Positions 13,211 to 27,760 of a stretch of DNA of 64,000 nucleotides are shown here, piece by piece (position 1 is the stretch's first letter; every line of letters begins with the position of its first letter). The DNA is taken from NCBI RefSeq assembly GCF_009914755.1, contig NC_060930.1; one strand, written 5' to 3'. The notes below the pieces were generated by a model. That model did not search any database, was not told where the DNA came from, and worked only from the letters and a program-made list of their open reading frames with translations. Origin of the DNA: the human T2T-CHM13v2.0 reference genome, Homo sapiens. The translations under genes and the position numbers were made by a program.

Positions 13211-15139
13211 TACATTTCAGATAAAACAGTGCTAACGAAAAAAGGAGAGAAAAAAAGATCCAATATTAGGGAGATTTGCAGTGAAGGGGCAGGAACTGTT
13301 TCACAGTCCCAGGAACCAAAATACAAGTCCATTTTAGACTTTTATTTCTTACCCCAGAATAAACAGGGGTGGGCACATGTGGTGTTGTGGAGGGAAGAAG
13401 AAAAATTCCTAGGCTCCACTGCTGTTCCCTTGTCGCCCATGATGAGAACTTCATAGGACAAAACAAACTTTCCCCTCACCACTAGGCCCACCCTGTGGGA
13501 GTAAGAATCCTGGGTCTTCCCATTTCAGTAAAAAGAGGCAACTCAGCTGAGGGCTGTTGGGGACAGAGAGATGAACTACACAGGTTCCTCTGGGGAACCT
13601 CCAAAGTATGCCAATATAGCATGCTCAGAACAGAGTCCTGTGCAAATTCCAGGTCAAAATTTTTCCTTTGCCATTTCTAATTATTACTTTAATTATTTTC
13701 CACCTACACATATGGACTATCAGCATATTCCATCAAGAAAAAAAATTAGAAAATCCACCTTATCTCCCTGCAGGGTTGTAGAATAGGAGACATCAAGGCA
13801 TCCTGGGGCTCGGTACCTACATCATGCCTTCCGCATGCCATCATCCTCTTCTTCCAGTGAACCCAGACTCTCTTTTCACAAGATATCGCCTTCACTTTCA
13901 CCAAAGCAGGGCTGGCGCTTCCTCACCTTACTGAGTGGGGATCCAAGTGCTATACATGTGTTCCTTGAGAGTACCATCCATGTGCTTGCCTCAGAGAAAC
14001 TCAGACCATCAGTGTTATTCCAAGCTAGGAGTTGCCCAGATTCTGCTTGTTTTTATAAAAGTATAAACCAGGTCTATTTCTGAGGTACTCCAGTCAAGAC
14101 TTTTGAGCCCTGTTAAGAGGGGGAAAAGCTTTCCCTGAGTGTGTATGGGAAAGTGCTATTGGCGCAACAGAGAAGAACATTCTGTCCTTCAATCACAATG
14201 AAAATTCAACAAGAGACAACCTGGGCATACAGGAGGTATACATTTCAAGAGCACCCAAAGAAGAATTTGAAGGATAAGCCTCTTGTCAATAGGCAGGAAA
14301 CTACAAGAATACCAAGCGCATTGCCCTGAGATATTCAAGCAGGCAGAAGTTGGGTGGTTCAGTTAGTCCAAGACCTCACACTGCTTAGGAGATACAGAGG
14401 AAAAGCCTCACAGTAAACCTTTGTTTTCAAGACCTATAAATTTGCACCAGTGGGCACCATCAAAACTCTGAGCCACGTTCATCCCTTTAAAATGAACTGC
14501 ACTTGATGTAAACTCTGTTGAGGACACTACAGCCGCATTACTTGATCCAAAATATTTCAGGTATTCATTAAATATTTGAGGAAAGAGAGAAGGCAGAAAG
14601 AGAGGAAGGCAGCCAGCCAATATATGTAGTGTGTGCGGTGCAATGAATGAATGCTGCATAAAAATGCAGTAGTGGGTTAGATTAGACTTTATCTAACTTG
14701 TCTTTCAGCTCTAATACTCTGTATAATATAATAACTATTTGGTATCCTTTTTAGTTTTGAAATGTTTGATTCCTGTGCCTGTCCCTACATCTCAGTTATT
14801 GGAAGAAAATAATTATTGAGAACAATAATCCAAGTCTACAAATTTTTATTGTCATAACTATAAAAAGAAAGTTATTGTGTAAATTATAATTTTACTATAA
14901 GGCCAATTTTCCCTCCAAGTATCCCGTTATGACACAATTTCATTAGGAATTACATGCTGCCTTTTGGTCAATGAATTATTATATTCTAGAGGCTTCTGAG
15001 TTTGAAGGATAATGGCAACCACTGTAATCTGGATCTGTCCACATATTCTGCCCTTAAGACCTATAAGGTCATTAAGAAGCACAAATTAAGTCACACATGA
15101 CCCATACTATCAGCATTACTTGGAGGCGGAAAATGTGAC

Positions 15140-15977
15140 AAACTTCAAATATGCTCAACTGATTTTTGACAATTCAGTGAAGGAAACATAAACTTCTCAA
15201 CAAATGGTGCTAGAGTAATTGGACACTCATAGGCAAAAAATCAAATAAATCTCAACCTGAGTGTCACAGCTTATATAAAAAAAACTCAAAAGGTTCACAG
15301 ACTTAAATGCAAAACCTAAGATTATAAAGCTTTTAGAAAATAACATAGAAGAAAATCTTCAAGATCTAGGACTAGGTAAGGAGTTTTTAGACTTGACAAC
15401 AAAAACACAATCCATAAAAGAAAAAAAAAGATAAATTGAACTAGATCAAAATTAAAAACTTTTGCTCCAAAAAAGACCCCGTGAAGAGGATGAAAAGACA
15501 AGCTACAGGAAGGGATAAAGCATTTACAAATTACATATCCAACAAAAGACTAGCCTCTAGAATATATACAGAACTCCCAAAAATCAACAACAAGAACAAC
15601 AAAAAAGGGTGAAAGATATGAAGTGGCACTTCACTGGGCAGGATATACAGATGGCAAATAATCATATGAAAAGATGTTCAACATCATTAGTGACTAGGAA
15701 GATGCAAATTAAAACCACAATGAAATATCACGATACACCTATCAGGCTGGCTAAAATAAAAAATAATGACAACACCAATTGCTGGCAAAGATGTAGGAAA
15801 ACTGGATCACTCATACAATGCTGATGGGAATATAAAATGGTGTACCTAGTCTAGAAAACAGTTTGGCAGCTTCTTAAAAACTAAATGTGCAATTACTATA
15901 TGTAATCCTGGAAATTTATCCCAGAGGAATAAAAACTATATTCATATAAAACTTGCACACAAATATTTATAGCAGCT
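15140..15977 (+). mobile_element. Old L1M (L1MC/MD-like) ORF2 3' portion, left part
   Basis: CAACTGATTTTTGACAA...CAACAAATGGTGCT...AAAAGATGTTCAACATCATTAG...ATGCAAATTAAAACCACAATGA. ORF 15609..15824 is a degenerate L1 ORF2 C-terminal peptide. Confidence 0.85.
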
Positions 15978-16009
15978 ACCTCCCTCCACTTCCAAGTCCT
16001 CTTTAATTG

Positions 16010-16695
16010 TTTCCTTTCTTTTTCAATGTGGAAAAATACAAGTAACATAAAATTTACTATTATCCAGTTTTAAGTATACAGTTCAGTGGCATTAAGTACA
16101 TTCATGGTGCCATGCAACCATCACTACCATTCATTTCCAGAACTCTTCATTTTACAAAACTGAACTCTGTACCCATTAAACAATAACTCCCCATTCCGTC
16201 TTCCCTTCAGTTCCTTAACAACCACCATTCTAATTTCTGTCTCTATTACTTTGACTATTTTAGGTACCTCACATAAGTAAATTCATAGAGTATTTGTCTC
16301 TTCGTGACTGGTTTGTTTCACTTAGCATTATGTTCTGAAGTTTCTTCCATGTTTAAACAGATGTCAAAATTTCCATCCTTTTTAAAACTGGAGAGTATTC
16401 TATTGTATATACCATGATTTGTTTATCCATTCACCCATTGATGACACTTGGGTTGCTTCTACCTTTTGACTATGAAGCTACGATGAACATGGGTGTACAA
16501 ATATGTCTTTGAGACTCTGTTTTTAATCCTTTAGGGTATATTACCAGAAATGGGATTGCTGCATCATATGATAATTCTATTTTGAATTCTTTGAGGACCT
16601 GCCGTGCTGTTTTTCATAGAAGCTGCACCATTTTACATTCCCATTAATAGTACAACGGGTTCAAATGTATCTACATCCTCACCAACACTTGTTAT

Positions 16696-16729
<34 letters not shown>

Positions 16730-16924
16730 GTAGTAGTAGTAGTAGCCATCCTAATGGGTGTGAGAGGTGTCTCATTGCAGTTTTGATTTGCATTTCTCTA
16801 ATGATTAGTGATGTTGAGCATCCTTCCGCAGGCATATTTGTCATTTGTAAATCTTTGGAGAAATGTCTATTCAAGTCCTTTGCCCATTTTTGAATTGAGT
16901 TGCTTTTGTTGTTATTGAGTTGCT
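16010..16924 (-). mobile_element. L1MB-like 3' end nested within the older L1; contains a (TG)n(TAG)n microsatellite at 16696-16743
   Basis: TAACATAAAATTTAC...AAGTATACAGTTCAGTGGCATTAAGTACATTCA...GAGAAATGTCTATTCAAGTCCTTTGCCCATTTT. Confidence 0.85.
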
Positions 16925-17390
16925 ATAGCTTTATTTTTAATAACCAAAAACTGGAAACAACTCAGATTTCCTTCAAAAGATGAATGGTTAAACAAAATAT
17001 ATTCATACCAGGCAATATTACTCAACAATAAAAAAGAATGAACCATTGATACATGCACCAATGTGGATGAATCTCCAGTGAATTATGCTGAGTGAAAAAA
17101 GTCAATCCAAAAGGCTATATGATTCCATTTCTACAACATTCTTGTAATGACAAAATTACAGATATGAAGAACAAATTAGTGCTTGCTAGGGTTAATGACA
17201 AAAGCAGGAGTAGGAGAGAAGTAGATGTCATAAAAAGGCAACATGAGAGATCCTTGTGGTAGTGAAATTGTTCTATATGATGATAGTAATAATGCAATAT
17301 CCTGGTTGTGACATTGTACTACAGCTCTGCAAGATGTTACCACTGGGGAAACCAGATAATGAGTAAATGGGCACTTTCTGTGATACCTAC
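16925..17390 (+). mobile_element. Continuation of the interrupted L1M 3' end
   Basis: Resumes at AGCTTTATT...CCAAAAACTGGAAACAAC...GGATGAATCTCCAG.GAATTATGCTGAGTGAAAA. Confidence 0.8.
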
Positions 17391-19490
17391 ATTTTAACTT
17401 AGAAGTATATCAAATTTACAATTTGACTAAAAACAGAAAAATAGACAAATCAAGAAAACACATTAAATATAGCATAATGCATTCAGTAAGTATTAAATAA
17501 TATGACAGCATTGAGTCAAACATATCAACCCCATCCATAAATGTGAATTGGCTTAAATCACCAATTTTAGAAAAGAATTTTCTGATAATTTATAGAGCAA
17601 ACTCAATTCTATACTGATCATGTGACATGCCTAAAACACAGTTTCAAAAGGCTAAAAATAAAGGGAAAGGCAAACATAAACAAGGCAAATGTAGACAATA
17701 AGAAACCAAGAGTTTGGATTATAAAACCAAGCAAAGTAGAACTCAGGCTTTAAAAAAAGCATTAAATAAAACAAAACAAAAGACATTTTATGTTGCTAAA
17801 AGCCAGAATTCACAAAGAAGATAGAAATGTTATGAATATTTATGCACCAAATAACATTGCAATGCCATCTACATGAAGCAAAAACTATAGGAGATACAAA
17901 GGAGATATAGAAACATCCTGACAAATAAAAGACTAACATACCACTCTTAGTAACAGAGTAAAGTAAATTTTAAAATAATAAAGACTACAGAAGACTTAAA
18001 AAAAAAGAAAACCAATCAGTTAAATTGTATGGCTATATATCACTTCACATACTGATAATAAAGAAGAAAGCTTCTTGATGTAGATGCCCAATCATCAAAA
18101 TCAAGCAAATATTAGGTCACAAAGAAAACCTCAGTAAATTTCATGGAGTAGAAATATAAACAACACCCTCTGATCACAATGCATAAAAATGGAAATTAAA
18201 AACACAATTTAAAAAAATGCTTCAACCTGAAAAAAAAACTTTTAAATAATCCTTGGGGAAAATAGGCAAACACAAATTACATAAATTAAATACAGAATTC
18301 TGGAGGTAAAAACTGCATATCCAGACCTATGAGATACACAGCTTTGAAGAGCTTTACATAGGAATGATAGGGACATGTCAAAATGACACAGGAGCCAGCT
18401 TGAAGGAATTGCCTCTGGCCAAATACAGAAAAACTTAAGCAAAAGTAAATGACAGTAATGAATAAATTGTAACCCACTAAATAAATCCATGGGTCCAAAC
18501 TGGCAAACACACTAGCTAATAAACGGGGAAACATAAAGGAATCTTCCTTACAGTAGAGTGCCAACTGATGAATATGGAGGGAGTAGTTGAGTTAGAAAAT
18601 ATACATTTTGCAATCACCTCAATAAAGATTTATTTGGGCACAGATGATCATGGATGATAAATCTCGGGGAAAAACTGTTGAGAAATAGGCTATTTTTATG
18701 GTCTTAAAGGGTTTCCCCACAGATTGCTTTTTAATTAGAAGGAAAAAAAAACAGTTATACAGTAAAGAAACCAAATGACACTTTCACCAGGTGATCAAAA
18801 TTAATATCACCACCCAACTCAGAACAGATGGACATCATGTGCCTCTGGATGTGACAGACACTCCGAAGACACAACCTCACTAATGAAGTATTCCAGTGGA
18901 TAGTGGATAATGTATAACCAGAATCTAACCATGAAGAATAAGCACACAAACTCAAACTGAAGAACATTCTGTAAAATAACTGGGCTGTGTTCTTCAAAAA
19001 TGCCAATAATATGAAAGAAAAGGCCAGGCTAAAGAACTATTCAGATTAAAGGAGATGAAAGAGGCATGAAAATTAAATGCAATATAGACTCTTGGACTAA
19101 GTCTTGTACTAGAGAGAAAATAACAAATGCTATTAGGGATGTTACTGGAGAAATCTTACATCTTACACCTGTAAGATTAGATAAAAAGCATCTTATGAAT
19201 GTTAAATATTCTGATATTGATAATTGTGCTGTGGTTATATAAGAGAATATTCTTGTCCTTAGGAAATACACATCGATGTATTAAGGTTTAGGTAGAGGCA
19301 TGACATATGTAACCTACTCTAAAATGGTTCAAAAAAAATAAATAATAATGAGGGCAGAGGGAAGGGAAAGAGAAAAAAAATGATAAAGCAAATGTGGCAA
19401 ATGCTAAGCACTGGTGAACCTAGTGTACAATTATACTATTCTTGCAACTTTTCTTAAAGTATGTAATCATTTTAAAATAAATATTTGAAC
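17390..19490 (+). mobile_element. Highly degraded L1M (endonuclease-region remnant plus L1MC4/5-like 3' end)
   Basis: A-rich L1 ORF2 remnants (ATAAATGTGAATTGGCTTAAAT, AATATTTATGCACCAAATAAC, TTAGGTCACAAAGAAAACCTCAG, CTCTGATCACAATGCA) and an L1MC-type 3' UTR (GAGAATATTCTTGTCCTTAGGAAATACAC). Confidence 0.7.
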
Positions 19491-19699
19491 ATCAGAAAAA
19501 TCCCATATAGTAAACTTATGTCTTATTTTTATAGAATCATTTCAGACAAAGCCCTTTTTTAAACAACATTTTTCTGAAGAAATGGAAACTTGTTTTAATA
19601 AAGCTATAATTTAATCGTTTAAATCTTTGTTTTTATTTCTGACTGTTAATATTTTGCATATGAAAATATAAAGTTATCAACTAGCAATTTCAGTACAAA

Positions 19700-19870
19700 C
19701 AAATCTTGGATTCAGACATGGGCGTATCCTCATCTACTGCCATTTCATATGACTTGTGCAAAGGATCACTTTTCTTGGGCCTTGGTTTTCCCATTTGTAG
19801 AATAGGAACAGACTACCTTATAGGATTGCAGTAAGAATCAAATAAATAATATGTATAACAGCACTAAAAA
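19700..19870 (+). mobile_element. MIR fragment
   Basis: GGGCCTTGGTTTTCCCATTTGTAGAATAGG...TACCTTATAGGATTG. Confidence 0.55.
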
Positions 19871-20291
19871 ATACAAATGGTACAGATATGTATGTGTCAT
19901 GTAAAGGTCCTTGATTAATCACTTTCACTTAGGTAAACAGAAATGGTTACCATCTTGTAAAAATTATTTTCTGCTGTAGACTATATTGTCTAGAAAAACC
20001 TTGTTTTCAGTACCATCTTATAGGCAGGAAAAGATAAGATATATATGTTAAAGGATTAAAAAAAATCAATATTCCCAACTGCAGAAAGAAATCAGGCCAC
20101 TAGCCAGTCATCTAAATAGTAGGGCCTTTTCTTCCAAATACTCCAGTTTTCAAAGCTGGAAGGTAGTTTGGTACCAACAGTTTTTATCATTTACACTTTG
20201 ATTAAGAGCCTACAGATGTGTTTTAAGAGTGGCGAGGAGGGAGAATCATGGTCAATTAGGTTTCAGGCAAGCCTGTGGATGGTTCTCCTAG

Positions 20292-20637
<346 letters not shown>

Positions 20638-21524
20638 GGTATTGACTGTTTTCAAGTAAAACAGTCATGCTTTATGAGCTAGAGAGTATTTGCTCTTCTT
20701 CCTTTGAAAAGATAACAATGTTTTCTCTTATACTTAAAGCTGAGAAACTGAGTTATTCCTTTATTTTCATTAGATTATACCAATCAATTAAGAAAGTTCA
20801 GTAAAAATCTAGCTTTAATTTTCCTGAAACCTCTTCTTAGAAAATTTTTTGTCATTCTGAATACTGTGCACCTTAATTTACCTCAATTTCATATTTAAGT
20901 TTTAGTTTTCAAAACAAGCATTCATTTTGCAAATTAAAATATGAGTCAGATGATGGATGCCCTTGTTCTCATGAAACACGCAACCAAATGCCAGCCACCA
21001 AAGGTGGGCTGAGGCTGGCAAGCAAAAAGCTCAGATGACTGCCAAAACTGGATTTCAGATGACATCCACAGTCCCCCAGCTCTCCCCTGGAATTCAGCTT
21101 ATAACAGAATCATTCCTTCTAGAACAGACTGATAATTCATCAGGTTAAAGGCCTGAGCCATCCTTTGGGGCTTAATATGCACCCAATGGGATCTATTTAC
21201 AAAAATTCATTCTAACATTCATTCTAATATTTATTAAGTGCCTGCTTTGCAAGGCGGCATGCCAGGTGATAGGAGAAATACAGCCCCACCTTCAAGGTGT
21301 TCACATTAAGAGGGATATAAATAATGCACAGAATATAACTTTAATACACTTTAGAAAAGGCAAAGACCTGAATAGAGGGAAAAACAAAATAGGAGTTCAA
21401 AGAAGGAAAACATTACTGTTTCCCTTAGTAAATAAGTTATTTAGGAAAAAGGAAAAGAACTGTGATGTATTAAGAAGCAACTTACTATATGATTTGCTTA
21501 TGCTAACTAATACCCATTACAACA

Positions 21525-21745
21525 ATAGTTACCATTATTAAACACTTGCTATGCATTCGTCACTATGCAGATTCCGTACACACTGTTTTATTAAATGCTA
21601 ACAACATCTTAAAAGTATTATTAATCCCTTTACAGACATAACAAATAAGGTTCAAAAAATGTTTTTGCCCAAAGTTGCATGATTATGAAGTTTAAGAGGG
21701 GACATGTAATTCCAGAACTCTTACTCTTTTCACTGTCCCATACTT
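21525..21745 (-). mobile_element. MIR fragment
   Basis: ATTATTAAACACTTGCTATG...TATTATTAATCCCTTTACAGA...TTGCCCAAAGTTGCA. Confidence 0.55.
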
Positions 21746-24444
21746 CAATATACTATACTTAGATAAGAAAGACAACAGTGTCCTACCCCCTATGCAGTAA
21801 TAGATTTCAAGTCCCCAAGAATCTTTTTACAAAGGGGACTTTCTCCAGCCTCTACACCCCGTAAACCACCTCCACACACCCTTAGGTATGTCCTCTAATC
21901 ACTCAAACAGTCTCATACCACAAGTACACCCATAGATATTCTTCTTTTGATTACGGTCGTTAAGATTCATTCCTGCTTCAACAGCATGTTCCAGACAGGT
22001 GCTCTGCATTCATCTGGATGTGGCAGCAACCACCCAGCCCAGGAAAAATGCCAGATGTTCCAACAATAGATGTTATAGTTATCTATTTTTATTCTGGCAG
22101 CTCATTGAGGTTTTTATCATTTATAGCTGTAAAATATATAAAGAGACCCTCTTCTGGTAAAGTCCTGTTTTTCATGAAAAACTTTCACTCTATCAGGCAT
22201 GAGCAGCTTTCCTCTTGATTTGTGTCTGAACCATGAGAAAAGAAAAATCACAGATGCAGACTGCATTGTACTAAGAACATATGCATGCTTTTAAATCACT
22301 TTTATCTTTTTTTTTTTACTAATGTAACCCTGAAACATAAAATATGTTCTTTTTTTTCATTCACTGTTATGGGAAGAACAGATGGTGAAAGGGTTAGATT
22401 AAAGTAATACAGCATGTCCATTAAAATAACCCCCACTTCTCGGGATGCTTCCCTCAAACAGGAGTACTGTTTACTATAAAGAATGGCTTTGGCTTACACA
22501 CATTGGAAATTGCCAGGAGTTTTCTCAAGGATAAACACAGGAGTAAGAGAAAAACTAATGTCAGAATCAAATGTATTTTTAAATGACAATAATGCAACTT
22601 ATTTTGCTAATCTGAGAGGCTGATGGAAACTATGTGCCTGTGATAACGTAGCTGAACAGCAGTCAAATAATAAAGTTCATTTCTAACTTGAAAAATTTTA
22701 GTACCTAGAAAATACAACTAAATAAAGCTGCAAAGAGAATATCAAGTAGAAATTATTTTCTACATTCCTGCACTCCTACAAATAATAGAAATTTTTGCTG
22801 CCATTTCATTTCTAATTTATCTTATTAATAAACAGCAAAAATAAATCTATATAATACATATTAATAAAAACTAAGTATAATATGATTTCTAGACAAGTCT
22901 CACAAATTTTTAGCATTGGAAAAGAACCCTCCTGAGATATGTTTATGAAATTTAATTCAATTACATACAGTTCCTAAAGAATTAAGCTTTAAAAAAAACT
23001 TCAAGAAAAGTTGGAGAATATATTCTAAAAGAAAAATTACATCAACCTTGAGTCACATTCCAGAGTTGAGGATAATTTTGCTAGAGGAACTGAGCAGTAA
23101 ATATACTCATTTATACTATAAATAATTAGATGGTAAATACTGAATCAAAATTCAGTTAATAAAAGTTTTAAATATTTTGGCCATTTCTTCCTTCATTTTA
23201 AAGAATAATACAAATTATCAGCTTCCCAAAACCAATTTTAAAGTATTTATTCACAAGATTTCCCCCCATTATTTTATAATTTGATTCATTTATAGTTTAA
23301 TCTATTATTTATCCTGATTTTTTTACCTTTTATCCATATTTTAGTCATATTTAGCTCAAAAACATATTCTGGCAAGAAATCTTTTATACATGTAAATTCT
23401 CTGATATATTTCATGAAGTAGAAACATGGGAAGTTTTAAAAATATGCCTCAAATGTGGTTTGAAATGTCACAGGCCTTCTCTTAATCCACCCCACCCCCC
23501 AAAAAAAGTTACAAAAATGTTCCTGGGATTTGGTTCACTCATTTTTCTCACAGAAAAGTAACCACAGTCCACATCTCATTAGCTGTCAGGGTGATGTGCA
23601 GCTGGAAGGGAATCAGCACGCAGGACCCAGGGCTGGGTTTCCTTCAGTGTAACTCTATAAGGAATCTCCTATAGGATTCCATATGGAGAGAGTCGTTCCC
23701 AAACCATGAAATCTACAATCCATCCCTTTTGTAAATCCAAAGGTGATGTCTTAAAGACTTGCAAGCATTTTCATTGCACTGAATATTTTAATCAGGTAAC
23801 AATAAATTAGAATAAGTATTTAATTAAGTCCTTTATGTCATGGCATCCATGGCTGTAAATGATTCAGTATATCCCAACTTGGATAGATAATGTAGAAATA
23901 GTTCTAGCCCACTGGGTAAAATCCTGGATTTCCAGAACCAGTAGCACTAATTTTAATTTAAAGTAGCCCATCTTCCATGATGGGCTTCAGGCATGTGCCA
24001 GAATCACTTTGATCCTTTTGCTGATGCTCTGACTCACTCTCTGATTTTTCATATGTAAGTGGCAGATTAAATGGGTTTGAATTAAATGGGTACAGGTGGT
24101 GCCACCTGCTCCAACCCCTTGTGGCAGCTTTGTTTGGTCTTCTACTGCTTTATTCTGTGTTTGGACAAAGCATGGACTGCCCAAGCTGTTCTTGGGAGTG
24201 TCCTAGAACTAGGCCAGCAGATTGTCAGGCATATTACCAACCTTGTGCACGCTGAAAGAGGAGGTCTATCAGATTTGTAATTTTGTAAAAAGAAATTGAA
24301 GCTTAAAGGCCCTCCACCAAGTTGAGCAACTGTGAATGGAAGGATAAGTCTACCTTTTCTTCTTCTAAGTCAAGTACAGTAAAAATGAGGAAAACTAAAA
24401 TAATATAAACTATATTAAACAATATACATCAGAACCTTTGCCTC

Positions 24445-27400
24445 AAGCTTTACTGCAGTATAATTGACTACTAAATTGTATACATTTATGGTATACAGCA
24501 CCATAAATTTAATGTACGTATACATTGTGCAATGAATACCACAAACAAGTTTGTTAACACATTCGTCACCTCACATCGTTACCTTTTGTGTGCATGTGGT
24601 GTGAAAACTTAAGATTATTCTTAGCAACTTTCAAGTGTAAAATACAATATTATTAACTATAGTCACCATGCTCTACATTAGATCCCCAGAACACATCCAT
24701 CTTATAACTGGAAGTTTGTACCCTTTTGATCAACGTCTCCTCATTTCCCCCACCCTCCAAGCCCTGACAACTATCATTCTCTATGAGTTTGATTTTTTTA
24801 GATTCTACATATAAGTGAAATCATGCAGTATTCATCTTTCTTTATGTGGCCTATTTCACTTAGCATGATTATCCATTTTTTTGCAAATGACAGAATTTCC
24901 TTCTTTTGTGGCTGAATAATATTTCATTGTATATATATACTTTTTAATCCATGCATACAGTATTCCATATATAAGTGAAATCATACAGTATTCGTCTTTC
25001 TCTATCTGGCTTATTTCACTTGGCAGGTTCATTTACTTTGTTGCAAATGGCAGAATTTCCTTCTTTTGTGGCTGAATAATATTTCACTGTACATAGATAC
25101 ATTTTTTAATCCACTCATTCATCAATGAACATTTAGGTTGTTTCCATGTCTTCATTTTGAATAACACTGCAATGAACATGAGAGTGCAGACATCTCAACA
25201 TACTGATTTTTTTTTCCTTCAGGTATATAAGAAGTGAAGTTGCTGAATCATATCATAGTTCTATTTTTAATTTTTTGAAGAACTTTCATACCATTTTACA
25301 TAATGGCTGTACCAATTTACATTCCACTAACTGCCTGGGTTTCCCTTTTCTGCACATCTTTGTCAACACTTACCTCTTGTCTTTTTAAATAATAGCCATT
25401 CTAACAGGTACAAGGTGATATCTCATTGAGGCTTTGATTTGCATTTCTCTGATGATTAGAGATGTTGAGCACCTTTTCATGTACATGTTGGCCATTTGTA
25501 TGCCTTCTTCAGGAAAAGGTCTAGTCAGGTCCTTTGCTCATTTTTAATCAAATATTTCCTTCTTCTTTTCTTTCTTTTTTCTGCTTTTCTCTTTTGTTTA
25601 TTTTGCTATTGAGTTGTACAAGTTCCTTATATGTTTGTGATATTAACTCTTCATCAGATATATGATTTGCAAATATTTTCTCTCACTCCAAAGGCTGCAT
25701 TTTCATTATATTGTTTATTTTGCTATGCAGAAGCTTTTTAGTTTGATGTACTCCCACTGATTTATTTTTGCTTTTGTTGTCAGTGCTTTTGGTGTCATGT
25801 CTGAAACATCATTATCAAGACCTATGTCAAGGAGCTTTTTCCCTATGTTTTTTTCTAGAAACTATATAGTTTCAGGCCTTACATTTAGGTTTTTAATCCA
25901 TTCAAGTTAATTTCATTCTTTGTATGTAGATATCTGGTTTTCCCAGCACAATTTATTGAAAAAACTCTTTTCCCCATTTTGCATTCTTGGCATCTTTGTC
26001 AAATAATAGTTGATCATATATATGTGGGTTTATTTCTGGGGTCTCTATTCCCTTCCACTGGGGTATATGTCTGTTTTAAAGCTGGTACTGTTATTGTATG
26101 GATTATTATAGCTTTGTATAATAATATTGTTTGAAGCCTGGAAGTGTGATTCATTCATCTTTGTTCTTCTTTCTCATGAGGTGCTTTGGATATTCGGGAT
26201 CTTTTTTGGTCCTATATGAATTTGAGAATTTTTTTTCTATTTCTCTCTTTTCTTATTCCTGGTCTTAGAGGGAAAGTTTTCAGCTTTTCACCATTGAGTA
26301 TAATGGTAGCCTGCCCTATATAATCTTTACTATGTTGTGTTACATTTATTCTATACTAATTTGTTGAGAGTTTTTATCATGAAAGGATGTTGAATTTTAT
26401 CAAATGCTTTTTCAGCATGTATTGAGATGATCACATGATTTTTATCCTTCATTCAGTTAATGTGGTATATAACATTTATTGATTTGTGGATGGAACCAAC
26501 CTTGCATCCCAGGGATAAATCCCACTTGATCATGGTGTATGATCCTTTCAATATGTTGTTCAATTTTGTTTGCTAGTAATTTGTTGAGAATTTGGGTGTC
26601 TGTGTTCACCAGGGATACTGACATGTCATTTTCTTTTCTTGTGGTGTCCTTTTTGGCTTCAGTATCAGGGTAATGTTGGCCTTGTAAAATGAGTTTGGAA
26701 ATGTTTCTTCTTCAATTTTTTGGAAGAGTTTGAGAAAGATTAGCATTAATTATTTAAGTGTTTGGTAGAATTCACCAGCGAAGTCATCTGATATTAGACT
26801 TTGTTTTGTTTGGGAGGGTTTTGATGATTGATTTAATCTCCTTACACATTATTGATGTGTTCAGATTTTCTTTTTTTTTACATACTTTAAGTTTTAGGGT
26901 ACATGTGCACAACGTGCAGGTTAGTTACATATGTATACATGTGCCATGTTGGTGTGCTGCACCCATTAACTTGTCATTTAACATTAGGTATGATGTGTTC
27001 AGATTTTCTGTGCCTTAATGATTCAGTCTTGGTAGACTGTATGTTCTGGAAATTTATCCAGAAGAGTAAGTTATCCAATTTGTTAGCATATAATTGTTCA
27101 TAGGGGTCTCTTATAATCATTGATATTTCTGTAGTATCAGCTATAATATTTCCTCTTCCATTTATAATTTTTTATTTCTGTCCCCTATCATTTTTTTTTG
27201 GTTAGAAAGCTAAAGATTTGTCAATTATGTTGATCTTCTCAAAAAACCAACTCTTACTTCTGTTTATCTTTTCTATTGTTTTCCATTCTCTATTTCATTT
27301 ACTCCTGCTCCAATCTTTATTAATTCCTTCCTTCTGCTAAACTTCAGTCTAATTTGTTCTTTACCTTATAGTTCCTTTAGGTGTAAAGTTAAGTTATATG

Positions 27401-27760
27401 AAATCTTTATTTTTTTCTTAATGTAAGTGTTTATACACTTTCCTATTAAAACTGCTTTTGCTGCAACCCAGACATTTTTATATGATGTGTTCCCATTTTC
27501 ATTCATCTCAAGATATTTTTTATTTCTTTTTTTATTTATTCTCTGATTCATTGGTTGTTCAGGAGTTTGTTAATTTCCATGAAATTGCAAATTTTTCAAT
27601 TTTCCTCCTGTTACTTACTGTTAGTTTCATACAACTTTTGTCAGAAAAGATACTTGATATAAGTCCAACCTTCTTGAATTTATTAAGACTTGATTTGTGG
27701 ACTAACAAATGACCTATCTGGAAAATGTTCCGCATGAGCTTGAGAAAAATGTATGTTCTG
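24445..27760 (-). mobile_element. L1MA-like LINE (3' UTR plus fragmented ORF2)
   Basis: 3' end TATTATTAACTATAGTCACCATGCTCTACATTAGATCCCCAGAAC, followed by ORF2 antisense hallmarks (GCTATGCAGAAGCTTTTTAGTTTGATGTA, CCTTGCATCCCAGGGATAAATCCCACTTGATCATGGTG). Confidence 0.9.
26872..26990 (-). mobile_element. Heavily 5'-truncated L1PA (~120 bp) nested in the L1MA
   Basis: TACTTTAAGTTTTAGGGTACATGTGCACAACGTGCAGGTTAGTTACATATG...; perfect 19-bp TSD TGATGTGTTCAGATTTTCT at 26853-26871 and 26991-27009. Confidence 0.93.

Noticed and set aside
15609-16893. ORFs resembling L1 ORF2 C-terminal peptides (also at 55809-56665)
   Set aside because: They are decayed, truncated LINE fragments with no intact ORF2.
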